A stretch of DNA of 64,000 nt, taken from the NCBI GenBank assembly GCA_036785375.1, contig JAWMAR010000169.1:248001-312000 (forward strand), given 5' to 3'. Below the pieces are notes generated by a model. That model did not search any database and was not told where the DNA came from. It worked only from the letters and a program-made list of their open reading frames with translations. The position numbers were made by a program, and so were the translations under genes. Origin of the DNA: Leucoraja ocellata. Its lineage: Eukaryota. Shown here piece by piece: positions 36,955 through 49,426 of this stretch; positions within the stretch are counted from its first letter, which is position 1; every line of letters begins with the position of its first letter.

Positions 36955-38690
36955 TGGGGAACAAAGACATGGCAGACCAATTGAATAACTACTTTGGTTC
37001 TGTCTTCACTAAGGAAGACATAAATAATCTGCCGGAAATAGCAGGGACCGGGGGTCAAATGAGATGGAGGAACTGAGTGAAATCCTGGTTAGCCGGGAAG
37101 TGGTGTTAGGTAAAGTGAATGGATTAAAGGCCGATAAATCCCCAGGCTGCATCCCAGAGTACTTAAGGAAGTAGCCCCAGAAATAGTGGATGCATTAGTG
37201 ATAATTTTTCAAAACTCTTTAGATTCTGGAGTAGTTCCTGAGGATTGGAGAGAAGCTAATGTAACCCCACTTTTTTAAAAGGGAGGGAGAGAGAAAACGG
37301 GGAATTACAGACCAGTTAGTCTAACATCGGTAGTGGGGAAACTGCTAGAGTCAGTTATTAAAGATGGGATAGCAGCACATTTGGAAAGTGGTGAAATCAT
37401 AGGGCAAAGTCAGCATGGAGTTATGAAAGGTAAATCATGTCTGACGAATCTTATAGAATTTTTCAAGGATGTAACTAGTAGAGTGGATAAGGGAGAACCA
37501 GTGGATGTGTTAAATCTGGACTTTCAGAAGGCTTTCGACAAGGTCCCACATAAGAGATTAGTACACAAATTAAGCACATGGTATTGGGGTTCAGTATTGA
37601 TGTGGATAGAGAACTGGCTGGCAGACAGGAAGCAAAGAGTAGGAGTAAACGGGTCCTTTTCACAATGGCAGGCAGTGACTAGCGGGGTACCACAAGGCTC
37701 AGTGCTGGGACCCCAGCTATTTACAATATATATTAATGATTTGGACGAGGGAATTGAATGCAACATCTCCAAGTTTGTGGATGACACAAAGCTGGGGGGC
37801 AGCGTTAGCTGTGAGGAGGATGCTAGGAGGCTGCAAGGTGACTTGGATAAGCTGGGTGAGTGGGCAAACACATGGCAGATGCAGTATAATGTGGATCAAT
37901 GTGAGGTTATCCACTTTGGTGGCAAAAACAGGAAAGTAGACTATTATCTGAATGGTGGCCGATTAGGAAAAGGGAAGATACAACAAGACCTGGGTGTCAT
38001 GGTACACCAGTCATTGAAAGTAGGCATGCAGGTGCAGCAGGCAGTGAAGAAAGCGAATGGTATGTTAGCATTCATAGCAAATGGAGTTGAGTATAGGAGC
38101 AGGGAGGTTCTACTGCAGTTGTACAGGGTCTTGGTGAGACTACACCTGGAGTATTGCGTACAGTTTTGGTCTCCTAATCTGAGAAAAGACATTCTTGCTA
38201 TAGAGGGAGCACATAGTAGGTTCACCAGACTGATTCCTGGCATGTCAGGACTTTCATATGAAGAAAGATTGGATAGACTCGGCTTGTACTCTCTAGAATT
38301 TAGAAGATTGAGGGGGGATCTTATAGAAACGTACAAAATTCTTAAGGGGTTGGACAGGCTAAATGCAGGAAGATTGTTCCCGTTGGGGAAGTCCAGAACA
38401 AGGCATCACAGTTTAAGGATAAGGGGGAAATATTTTAGGACTGAGTTGAGAAAAACATTTTTCACACAGAGAGTGGTGAATCTCTGGAATTCTCTGCCAC
38501 AGAAGGTAGTTGAGGCCAGTTCATTGGCTATATAAAGAGGGAGTTAGATGCGGCCCTTGTGGCTAAGGGATCAGGGTGTATGGAGAGAAGGCAGGTACAG
38601 GATACTGAGTTGGATGATCAGCCATGATCATATTGAATGGCGGTGCAGGCTCAAAGGGCCAAATGGCCTACTCCTGCACCTAATTTCTAT
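36955..38690 (+). mobile_element. CR1 (HER1-like) LINE, 3' 1.7 kb including the RT domain
   Basis: ORF 37333-38535 with DFQKAFDKVPH, GVPQGSVLGP, FVDDTKLG, LEYCVQFWSP. Upstream NYRPVSL lies in a shifted frame. Confidence 0.95.
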
Positions 38691-38834
38691 TTACTATCGC
38701 AACATTTAAGAAATACTTAGACAGGTATATGGATAAGACAGATTTGGAGGGATACTAGACTATGTGGGACGTGTGGGCCAAAGAGACTGGTTTCCAGAGA
38801 GCTAGTATGGACATTGTGTGCCAAATGGATTCAT

Positions 38835-38970
38835 GGGCTGGCAGCTCAGTCACTCAGGCTTGGTGGGCTGGCAGCTCAGTCACTCAGACCTGGTAGGCTG
38901 GCAACTCAGTCACTCAGGCCTGGTGGGATGGCAGCTCAGTCACTCAGGGCTGGTGGGCTGGCAGTTCACT
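38835..38970. repeat. 30 bp minisatellite (~4.5 copies) in Helitron B
   Basis: Unit GGGCTGGCAGCTCAGTCACTCAGGC(C/T)TGGT. Confidence 0.95.
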
Positions 38971-38984
38971 CATGGCTATTCCTT

Positions 38985-39470
38985 GAAATTCCATTTCAAG
39001 CAGAGTGCAGGCCACCAAATTCAGTTTCATAGCATTTCAAGCAGTGCAGGCCACCAAATTCAGTTCCATAGCATTTCAAGCAGAGTGCAGGGCACCAAAT
39101 TCAATTTCATAGCATTTCAAGCAGAGTGCAGGCCACCAAATTCAGTTTCATAGCATTTCAAGCAGAGTGCAGGCCACCACATTTAGTTTCATAGCACTTC
39201 AAGCAGAGTGCAGGCCACCACATTCAGTTTCAAAGCACTTCAAGCAGAATGCAGGCCACCACATTCAGTTTCCTAGCACTCCAAGCAGAATGCAGGCCAC
39301 CACATTCAGTTTCATAGCACTTCAAGCAGAGTGCAGGCCACCACTTTCAGTTTCATAGCATTTCAAGCAGAGTGCAGGTCACCACATTCCGTTTCATAGC
39401 ACTTCAGGCAGCGTGCAGGTCACCACGTTCAGTTTCATAGCATTTCCAGCAGAGTGCAGTCCACCAAATT
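38985..39470. repeat. 41 bp minisatellite (~12 copies) in Helitron B
   Basis: Unit CATAGCATTTCAAGCAGAGTGCAGGCCACCAAATTCAGTTT. Confidence 0.95.
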
Positions 39471-39944
39471 GCCAAACAACTCATTGCATTGTCAATAAGA
39501 GCTAACAAATCATTTATTGCAAGTACATAGCAGACTTACAGTTCAGTTGATTCCCAGCTTAGATTCACCGCTGTGAACTCTCCCTTGCGATCTTCCAGAG
39601 TGACTGACTCACGTCCAGGCATCTGGGGTTTTATAGTCCTGCCCCCCCCCCCCAGAAAGGGCGTTACCTTCATTGTGGTGATTGACAGGCAAGTGGACCA
39701 GTCAGCTGATCTCAAGGTTTTTTAAACACTCATAACTTTTTAGTTTTCATCAATCGGAAAAATCCTCGGGGCTGCCTCAGTGGGGGAGGTCTGCGAGTAA
39801 GATGGCCAAAAATCATAGTGATATATAGTAGTGTTTTTTCTAACATCAATATACAGCGCAGGCAGGATATGTTCAAGATGAGACTTTTAGTTATATAGAT
39901 GGGGCAAATGTGGACAGGTGGGACTAGTGTAGATGGGACACTTC

Positions 39945-40610
39945 TGCTGCTTCTGCTTGCTACTGCACAACCACCAACAGCTGGGCTATCTCGTGAGGTT
40001 AAGCTTGCATGGCACTGGTTGCAAAAGGGTTATTTAGATGTTTATGTGGGCAGGTTTGGTGAGATGATCCATGTGTAAGTTGCCAAGCTGTGACTTGAAA
40101 AGTGACAAGATTGGTGCACATCTAGTGGTGTCAGGAAGGAAGTTCCACTCTGGGATAGTCCATGGATATAGTGACTGTAGATAGCTATTTTTTATTTGCT
40201 CCAATTCTAGAATAAATAAAGTGCCCGAGGACTGTCTTGTAGATTTCTGGGTATTGGATTGAATGAGGTGAGATATGTTACTGGAGATGATGCCATGAAT
40301 CTCCTTGTAGACAGTGCATAAGTGGGCTTTGGTGTGTCTTGGCTCCAGCGTCTCCCAGCCAAAGTGATTTAACATATCTGAAACGTTTGACTGCCTTGAG
40401 TTGTCTTTATGGACAAACCGGGCTGCACGCCTCTGAATCTTGTCAAGGATGTCAATGTTATTTTTCTGATGAGGGTCCCATATTATCTGGCAATATTCCA
40501 ACAGTGGGTGGATGTCCTTAGTTGGTTTGTCACAACCAGATACGTTTCTCCGGAGAAGGCCCAAAGTTCTTTTTGCTTTTGTGGCAATCTGGTTTATGTG
40601 TCTGTTGGTT
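39945..40610 (-). mobile_element. CR1-superfamily (Daphne/Crack-like) LINE 3' end, distinct from HER1
   Basis: ORF 40034-40564 LGLLRRN...PLLEYCQIIWDPH...KIQRRAARFV...SLYPWTIPEWNFLP. GCAGAA-type tail. Confidence 0.75.
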
Positions 40611-43477
40611 GGTGTGGGCGTTGGGTCGAAGGGCCTGGTTCCTAGCTGTATAACTCAATGACTCTATTATCATGTCTCCAGTGTCCTTTTCCAGTGGTCC
40701 ATTGTCCACTCTAGCCTCCCTTTCTCTTTATAAATCTGAAGAAACTATTCACTTTTATATAATTGGCTAGCTCACCTTCATATTTCACCGTATTTCCCCA
40801 TATTGCCTTTTTAGTTACCATCCGCAGTTGTTAAAAGACACCCAATCTTCAAGCTTCCCACAAATCTTTGCAATATGACATGCCTTCTCTTAAGTTTTCT
40901 TCTCCGTGACTTCCCTTGTCAGCCACAGTCGTCTCATTCTCTCCTAAGAAACTTTTTCTCCTCTTTGGGATGAAAATCTAATGCTTCTTTCAACTTATTC
41001 CCAGAAACTCCAGCATTTGCTGTTCCCCAGTCATTCCTGCAAGGGTCCCTTTCCAACCAACTTTAGCTAGTTTCTGCCTCATGCCTCTGCAGTTACCTTT
41101 ACATAACAGTAATACCGAGACATCTCATTTAATCTTCTCCCCCTCAAACTGCAGGTTGAATTTTATCACATTGTGGTCTATTTCCTTTACCTTAAGCTCC
41201 CTAATTAAACCCGGTTCATTACATTATACCAAATCCAGAATTGCTTTAACCCAAGTATGCTTGACTAGAAGCTGCTCTGAGAAGCCGTCTCGTAGGCACC
41301 CTACAAATTCCTTCTCTTGGAATCCAGTACCAACCTAATTTTCTCAGCCTACCTGCATGTTGAAATTCCCCATGACCATTGTAACATTGTATTTCTTACA
41401 TGCTGATTGTATCTCCTAGTGTAATTTGTACCTTACATCCTGGCTACTATCTTTTTACCCTTGCGGTTTCTTAGCTCTATCTACAAGGATTTTACATCTT
41501 CTGATCCTATCTTGTCCATCCCTTCTCATGCTTTGTCTTTCACCCTGGTTCATATAATTTTAAATGTTTTATTTCTCAATCTCAATTTGCTCTTCCTGTT
41601 ATACTCCTGTTGCAGCTACCCATGTATCTACACTTTGATTTTGTCTCTACACTATCTATCCGTTATATCAGTCAACTTTGCTCTCTAAGTTGACATCTTC
41701 GTAAATACTAAAATGTCATTTGTTTCCATGTGACCACCACAAAGCTGTTCCACTGTTATTACCATGCTGTTTTTGGTTTAGGCCATAAGGACATAAGGAC
41801 ATAAGGGATAGGAGTAGAATTAGGCCTTTCGGCCCATCAAGTCTACTCCGCCATTTAATGAAGGCTGATCTATCTCTCCATCCTAACCCCATTCTCCTGC
41901 CTGCTCCCCACAACCTCTGCCAACTGCAGGGCATTGCCCATGGGAACCTTAAGTTACCAGAGACTCACTGAACTGCATTGGCAGAGTAGTGTAGTTGTCA
42001 GCGGGACAGACGAACATGCCCATCTCACTGGGTAACCTGCTGACCACGGTTTTGTTGTGCTCTTGAATGTGCACTGTCATTTCTTCTGGTGACCCGCTGG
42101 TGTAGGGTTTAGTACAGTATGAAGATACAGCATGGAAACAGGTCCTTCGGCCCACAGGATCCATACCAACCATTGATCACCCTTTCACACTAGTTCTATG
42201 TTATTCCAGTTTCTTATCAACTCCTTACACATTAGGGGCAATTTTACAGAGACCAATTAATCTACAAATCCACATGTCTTTGGGACGTGGGAGTAAACTG
42301 GAGCACCTGGAGGAAATGCACATGGTCACAGGGAGAGCGTGCAAACTCTATACAGACAGCGGCCAAGGTCAAGGTCTGGTGCTGTGAGACAGTCTCTCAC
42401 AGCACCAGCTGTGCCATTCTGCTACCTCATTACCTTAGTCTCAACTTTACTCTTCCCTTAAATTTATGTTGTCAAGAATCATGAAAATTAATGTGGTGTC
42501 CTTTTTGCATTTACCTGGGCCTGGAACATGCTATTGAGTTGAGGCAGATACGATAGTGGCATTTAGGGCACTTTCGGATAGGCACATGGATATGCAGGGA
42601 ATGCAGGGATAGGGATTATGTGCAGGTAAGGAACAGATAGTTTTGGCATCATGTTTGGCACAGACATTATGGGCTGAAGGACTTGGTCTCATGCTGTACT
42701 TTACTATGTTCATTTTCCATATTTATAGTGGCAGATGGGATTCCTGTATCGGTTGTAAAACTTTGATTTGCCCTTTAAGTCAGCCTACATCAAGTGGGCA
42801 TAATGGCTACCAATGATAAATTAATTGTTGCAGCCTCAAAGAGACAATCATCATTACCAAAACACTTAGTGCACTTTTATTCTGGGCATGAGTCTCACAA
42901 TCTATTCAGCAATAAACAAAATAGTGCTTAATGAGATAAATGGACAATGTTTCAGAAAGTAGCACTTAGCCTGTATTCTTTAGCAGTATAACTGAATCAT
43001 AAAAAACTGATAGAACCACTCTATTAACAATAAAATCACTGCTTTGAATTATAAAATGATTGTGGAAGATTTTACTCAGCAAGAGTATCAAACCTGAGCC
43101 CAGTCCCATTGATCAGGACATCTGATCACAAAATTAATTAGTTCCTGCCACACTTGCGTTCTTGTCCATTGCTTCTGCCTCAAATATATTTTCAGGATTT
43201 GAAACCTGCAGCCTCGTTTTTTTTTTGGAAAAATGTATGAGGAGACACAATATAATCAGGAACAAAGAGTTCTAGGGTGTGTGTGGACAGATCAATCAAA
43301 GCAGCAGGGCGGTTTGAAAAAGTTGTTAAAAAAAACTACAAAGGATCATGAGCTTTTCTAAATAGGATTAACAGCAAAAGAACAAGTAAACACGACAAAT
43401 CTTAACAAAATGATGGTTTGGACACAACTGGAACAGAGTGGTCTGGCCACTGCCCTTTGAGGATGAGAGGACACTGT

Positions 43478-46447
43478 TCAAGAGTTCAAGAGAGTTTTAT
43501 TGTCATGGGTCCCTGATAGGACAATAAAATTCTTGCTTTGCTTTAGCACACCAAAACATAGTAGGCACGAATACTGAACAAATCAGTGTGTCCATATACC
43601 ATTGTTTAAATATATGCACACATCAATAAATTAAACCGATAAAGTGCAAATAAACAGATTATTGGCTATTAATGTTCAGAGTTTTGTCTGAGCTGAGTTC
43701 AATAGACTGATGGCTGTGGGGAAGTATCTGTTCCTGAACCTGGTCGTTGCAGTCTTTAGGCTCCTGTACCTTCCACCTGAAGGTAGTGGGGAGATGAGTG
43801 TATGGCCCGGATGGTGTGGGTCCTTGATGATACTGCCAGCCTTTTTGAGGCAGCGACTGCGATAGATCCCCTCGATGTATGGGAGGTCAGAGCCGATGAT
43901 GGACTGGGCAGTATTTACTACTTTTTGTAGTCTTTTCCGCTCCAGGGCGCTCAAGTTTCTGAACCAAGCCACAATGCAACCAGTCAACATGCTCTCCACT
44001 GTACACCTGTAGAAGTTAGAGAGAGTCCTCCTTGACATACCGACTCTTCGTAATCTTCTCAGGAAGTAGAGGCGCTGATGTGCTTTCTTTATGATTGCAT
44101 CAGTGTTCTCGGACCAGGAGAGATCTTCAGAGATATGCATGCCCACGAATTTGAAGCCCTCGACCCTTTCAATCATTGACCCATTGATATAAACGGGACT
44201 GTGGGTCCCCATCCTCCCCCTTCCAAAGTCCACAATCAGTTCCTTGGTTTTGCTGGTGTTGAGGGACAGGTTATTGTGCTGGCACCATTTGGTCAGTCGG
44301 TCGATCTCACTTCTGTATTCTGACTCGTCCCCATCAGTGATACGTCCCACAACAGTGGTATTGTCAGCGAACTTGATGATGGAGTTTGCACTGTGACTGG
44401 CTACGCAGTCATGAGTATACAGCAGGGGGCGAAGCACGTAACCTTGAGGTGCTCCCGTGCTGATTGTTACTGAGTCTGACACATTTTCACCAATAAGAAC
44501 TGACTGTGGTCTGTGAATGAGGAAGTCGAGGATCCAATTGCAGAGGGATGCACAGAGACCCAGTTCTGCGAGTTTGGTAACCAGCTTCGAGGGGATGATT
44601 GTATTAAATGCAGAGCTGTAATCAATGAATAACAGCCTGAGATATGAGTTTTTGTTGTCCAAGTTGTCCAGAGCGGAGTGGAGACCCAGCGAGATCGCAT
44701 CCCTCGTTGATCTGTTGTGGCGGTAAGCGAACTGCAGTTGGTCCGCATAGGTTTTAGAACACGACCGGGTATAGCATCAGGTCCAGGCGCTTTTCGAGGG
44801 TTCACCCCTCTGAAGGATTTTCTGACTTTGGCCTCTGTGACTGTGACTGTGACTGAAATACCCACACAGCGAATGGGGGCTCGAGAAGGCACATCAGTGT
44901 TCTCCCTATCATAGCATGTGTAAAACGCATTGAGCTCGTCAGGGAGTGATGTTTCACCGACATTCGAGCTGACTCGTGATCTTGCCTTGTAGGAGGTGAT
45001 TGCATTCAAGCCCCGCCACAGCTGCCGAACATCTGCCTCATCCTCCAGTTTGGAGCAGAAGTCCCTTTTGGCCTTTTTGATGGCCTTACCGAGGTCGTAT
45101 CTGGACTTCTTGTAGACCACTGTATCATCGGACATGAATGCCCGGTGTCTGGTCTTCAGAAGAGTGCGGATCTCATAGTTCTGATTGGGAAACACTTGGA
45201 AGGTTTTTGTAGGGATGCAGTCCTGCACACATTTCTTTATTAAATCTGTAATGACTGTGGTGAATTCATCCCCCCCCCTTCTTTAATTGCAGCACTGCGG
45301 TATGGTCGGATTTGCCGAAGTGAGGGTGAGGGATAGAACGATAGGAATTCTTGATAGTGGTGTTGCAGTGGTCGAGGGTGTTTGGTCCTCTGGTGCAGCA
45401 GGAGACATGTTGGTGGAAGTTAGGGAGTGATTTCTTTAGGTTTGCCTTATTGAAGTCCCCAGCAATGGTGGTAAATGCCTCAGGGTAAGACGTCTGGTGT
45501 TTGTCGACCACGGCATGCAGCTCCTCCAGTGCCAGATGGACGTCTGCCTGGGGTGGGATGTAGACCGCGATCAGGATGATGGAGGTGAATTCCCTTGGGA
45601 GGTAGAAGGGATGGCACTTCATTGCCAGATGTTTGAGGTGTGGAGAGCAGGAGTTGGACAGGACGGCCACATCTGAGCACCACGCAGAGTTGACCATGAG
45701 GCAGACGCCCCCTCCTCTCCCTTTCCCAGATGCCAGTGTACGGTCCATACGGTGGATGGAGAACCCTTCAGGCTGGACCACTGAGTCTGGGGAGCTGGGG
45801 GTGAGCCATGTCTCTGTGAAACAGAACTCAGAGCATTTCCTCAGCTCCCTTTGATAAAGCAGCCTTGCCCTTAAGTCCTCCACTTTGTTTTTAAGGGACT
45901 GTACATTGGCCAGTAGGATAGTAGGGAGAGGGGGCCGAAGTCCCCTGCGCTTCATTCTGACCTGGAGTCCTGCCCGACGGCCATGTTTCCGGACACTATG
46001 GAGGATTCCCCTTTGTTTCCAGGTACTGTACTTGCTGTACCTGCTGTTTCTGCGAACCTGCGCTGGAACGGGGATTCCTTCACAGACGGCAGCTCCAGCT
46101 CCATAACAAACGGGGGTACCCTCAAAGTCGGCAGCTTCAGCTCCGTTGTTCCTGGAGGATCCAGCTTGTCAGCTCTGGAGGTCATCCCAGAGTTTCCAGG
46201 TACAATACCTGCATTCCTCCGTCGGGTCGGGTGATTTCCAGCGAGCGTGGGAAAGTTTAAAGTCCAGGGCTCCCGCAGCTGCGGGAGATCACAAAATTGC
46301 CAGAGCCTTCAGGTGCCCAAGCAGCTTATCCAAAACTGCACCGATTTCTGCTGTTTCCCTGATGCAGGTGAGTTGTTGGGAGTTGTAGGTGATCCTTTTA
46401 TGTTCTTGTGCTTTGCAAAAGTCGCCGCAGGCAGGCACCATCTTGGT
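43478..46447 (-). mobile_element. Rex1/Babar-type LINE, near full-length but frameshifted (APE + RT)
   Basis: APE ORF 45266-45955 (LANVQSL, FTETWL, AVYIPP, GDFN, SDH). RT ORF 43676-44662 ([21 protein letters not shown]). 5' CAAGATGG start and CTTGAACT-type tail. Confidence 0.92.
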
Positions 46448-47099
46448 AAGTAAATACACTGAATGTGTGATTATAGGTACGAGTGTCTTTAGTTTTGGTT
46501 ACGTATAGGTTAAAGACAGCATTGAAACAGGCCCTTCCCAATCCTCACTGACCATCGATCACCCATTCATGCTAGTTGTTTGTTATCCCACTTTCTCATC
46601 CATTCACTGCACATTAGGGGCAATTTACAGAGGCCAATAAAACTATAAATGTTCAAGTCTTTGGTATGTGGGAGGAAACCGAAACACATCGGAGAAAATC
46701 CACGTGGTCACGGGGAGAACGTGCAAACTGCATGCAGCCAGCATTCACAATCAGGATCAAACTTGGGTCTCTAGAATTGTGAGGCTGCAGCTTTACCAGC
46801 TCCGCCACTGTGTTTCCACATTTGTTTATTTGGATACACAGTAGAAGCTGGACTTGTCCCTATTTGTAACAAAGTAGAATTAGAAAGGATCTGATGGAGA
46901 TATTGAAAATCATGCAGGGTCTAAACAGACTCTGTTTTCCCATTAGTGGAGGGCTCAAGAACCAGAGAATGTAGACTAAAGTTCATTGGTAGAAGTCAAG
47001 AAAAATCTTTGTGACCCAGAAATAGTTGAGGCAAATATAATAACAACATTTAAAAGACATTTGGGCAGATACATGGATAGGAAAGGTTTGAAGGGATAA

Positions 47100-47297
47100 T
47101 GACTCGTAACGCTAATGGCAGGTACTCGGGAAACGTGGTAAGCTCATGAAGACACGTGGAGATTTTTCAACATGTTGAAAAATGTCCACGAGAGCCCCGA
47201 GTACCTACGAGCAGCTATAACCGTAATTCTCTTAGTTCGAATCAGGGGAAACGCGGGAGAACTCTTGAATTAGCTCGTACAGTGGGACAGCCGCATT
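47100..47297. mobile_element. Truncated MITE of the GGGCCTGTCCCAC TIR family
   Basis: Ends AGTGGGACAGCCGCATTA and carries the internal palindrome TTTTTCAACATGTTGAAAAA. Confidence 0.6.
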
Positions 47298-48444
47298 AAA
47301 CACACAAGCACACATCACAGCTATAGGCTGCAGGGAGGTATCGGAGATGGTCCAAGTGAATTTGAGTGCAGGGTGGAAATTAGTGGTGAAGTTGATGGAG
47401 TCAGTGAGTTCTGCATCGATGCAGGAGGCAGCACCAAGGCAGTCATCAATGTAGTGAATGTAGAGTTCAGGGATAGGGCCAGTGTACGTCTGGAACAGTG
47501 ATTGGTCGACTTACCCTACAAAGAGGCCGGCATAGTTGGGGCCCATGCAAGTGCCCATAGCTACGCCTTGGATTTGGAGGAAGTGGGAGGAGTCGAAGGA
47601 TCAGTTGTTAAGGGTAAGGACCAGCTCTGCTAGGCGGAAGAGAGTGTTAGTAGATGGAAATTGGCTGAAGAAGGGTCTCAACCCGAAACTTCACCCATTT
47701 CTTCTCTCCAGAGATGCTACTTGTCCCGCTGAGTTGCTCCTTTTGGCTACGTTATACTGAAACTGTTTTTTTTTTGCAAGAATACCAAAAAAAAGGCTGT
47801 TAATGGATTTACATGAGGGTCGTTTCCGTTTAACCTCAAGAGAGTGCCCACAAACATTCTTAAAGTTAAACAAATCTTCTTGCCAGACAACACTCTAATG
47901 TATTGAAGAAGGGGCATTGATGTACAGATCATTCCATTCCATTTAACAAAAATACAATATACTATAGATGCTGAAAATCTGCAAACATGAGTGCTTGGTT
48001 GTAAATATTCTTCTTCAGAGACAGTCCCTTGATTTGCAGATGATTTACTGTTTGGCTTGTTCTGCAATTTCTGAGGTAGATGTGGGTTCAGCAGACTGTG
48101 CTACAGGTGGGGAAGGATGTGCTTGATGGATTGGTTGATAGGTATAGAACATAAAAAGCACAGCATGAGAACAGGTCCTTTGGTCCACAACGTCTGCGTC
48201 AAATAGGATGCCATGTGCATCTCTTACTTACCTGCTTCTAATCCATGTCCATCCATTCCCTGCATTTCCATGTGCCTATCCAAATGTTCAAATGCCATAT
48301 CTGCCTCAACTACCCATCCCTGTAGTGCATTATAGGCTCAGGCAAATACAGCCATAATGACACCATTATTATTTATGATTCTTCACAACTTGCAATGTTT
48401 AAGGTAAAGAGTGAAAATGTGAAATGAGGCTGTATTGAGTGTAG

Positions 48445-48752
48445 CCCAGTGGTGCAGCAGGTAGAGCTGCTGCCTCACAGTGTCAGAGGCCTGGGTTCAA
48501 CCTTGACCTTGGCTGCTGTCTGTGTGGGGTTTTTGTGCTCACCCTGTGAACACGTGGATTTCCTCCAGGTGCTCCAGTATGCTCCCACAACCCAAAGACT
48601 AGAGTGTTGTAGACTAATTGGTCTGTAAAATTGCCCCTAATGTGTAGGGAGTTAATGAGAAGCTGGGATAATAGAACTATTGTGAACGGGTTGGACTTGG
48701 TGGGCCGCAGGACCTGTTTCCAATCTGTATCTCTTAACTGAACTAAACTAAA
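48445..48752 (+). mobile_element. V-SINE/HE1-like SINE
   Basis: CAGTGGTGCAGCAGGTAGAGCTGCTGCCTCACAGTG.CAGAG.CCTGGGTTCAA..CTTGAC, ending in a (CTAAA)n tail. Confidence 0.8.
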
Positions 48753-49216
48753 ACAGTATGGCAAAAACAATGGAACAGCCTTTGTGCTGGTCACAGGGAT
48801 ACAAATTAGTATTTCTGAAGGTGCACATTTTTGAGAGTGAAGTTGAGTGATATAACAGACAGTAAAGTATAAAAGTTCACTCAGAGGTTACGAGCAAAGA
48901 AAATCAAATTGAGATTGTGTGGAGGCAAAATCGAGGTGTAGACAGATGAGCAGCTGAAACAGGAGCAAAACAGACAAAGGAAAGTGAGAAATCATTAAGT
49001 AAAACATTTTAAATTATATGACCCAGGGTGAACGATAATGACTGAGAAGGAAACAGAAGACAAATTACAAGTATGGACTGTACTCTTTACCTTGATGAAT
49101 AGAAAAGGTTTAGAGAATACAGAACAAAGAACAGTACAGCCCTCTTGCCTACAATGTCTGTGCCGAACTTGTCGGATGCCAAGATCAGAACTTATCTACG
49201 TGCACTTAACCCATAG

Positions 49217-49248
<32 letters not shown>

Positions 49249-49426
49249 TCCCGCCATTCTCTGCATTTCCAAATGCCTGCCTAAATAGTTTTTCAATGCC
49301 ACTAATGTATCTGTGTCAACCACCATCCCTGGCAGCACAATTCAGGCACACACCACTCCCTGTGTAAAACAACTTGCTGCACACATCTCCTTTATACTTT
49401 GCCCTTCTCACCTATAGTATTTAATA

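Larger units (their letters stand above)
38755..39899 (-). mobile_element. Non-autonomous Helitron (copy B)
   Basis: Minus-strand 5' A|TCTATATAACTAAAAGTCTCATCTTGA and 3' GTCCCACATAGTCTAG|T match copy A. The flanks rejoin as the CR1 tail GGAGGGATA|TGGGGCAAA with no TSD. Confidence 0.88.

Noticed and set aside
38985-39470. 41 bp array as a possible CRISPR
   Set aside because: Head-to-tail units without unique spacers, no cas genes, and a eukaryotic Helitron context.
49217-49247. Long homopolymer C/G runs (also ~6481, 25712, 30153)
   Set aside because: Simple-sequence expansions inside repeats. Lengths may be sequencing artefacts.
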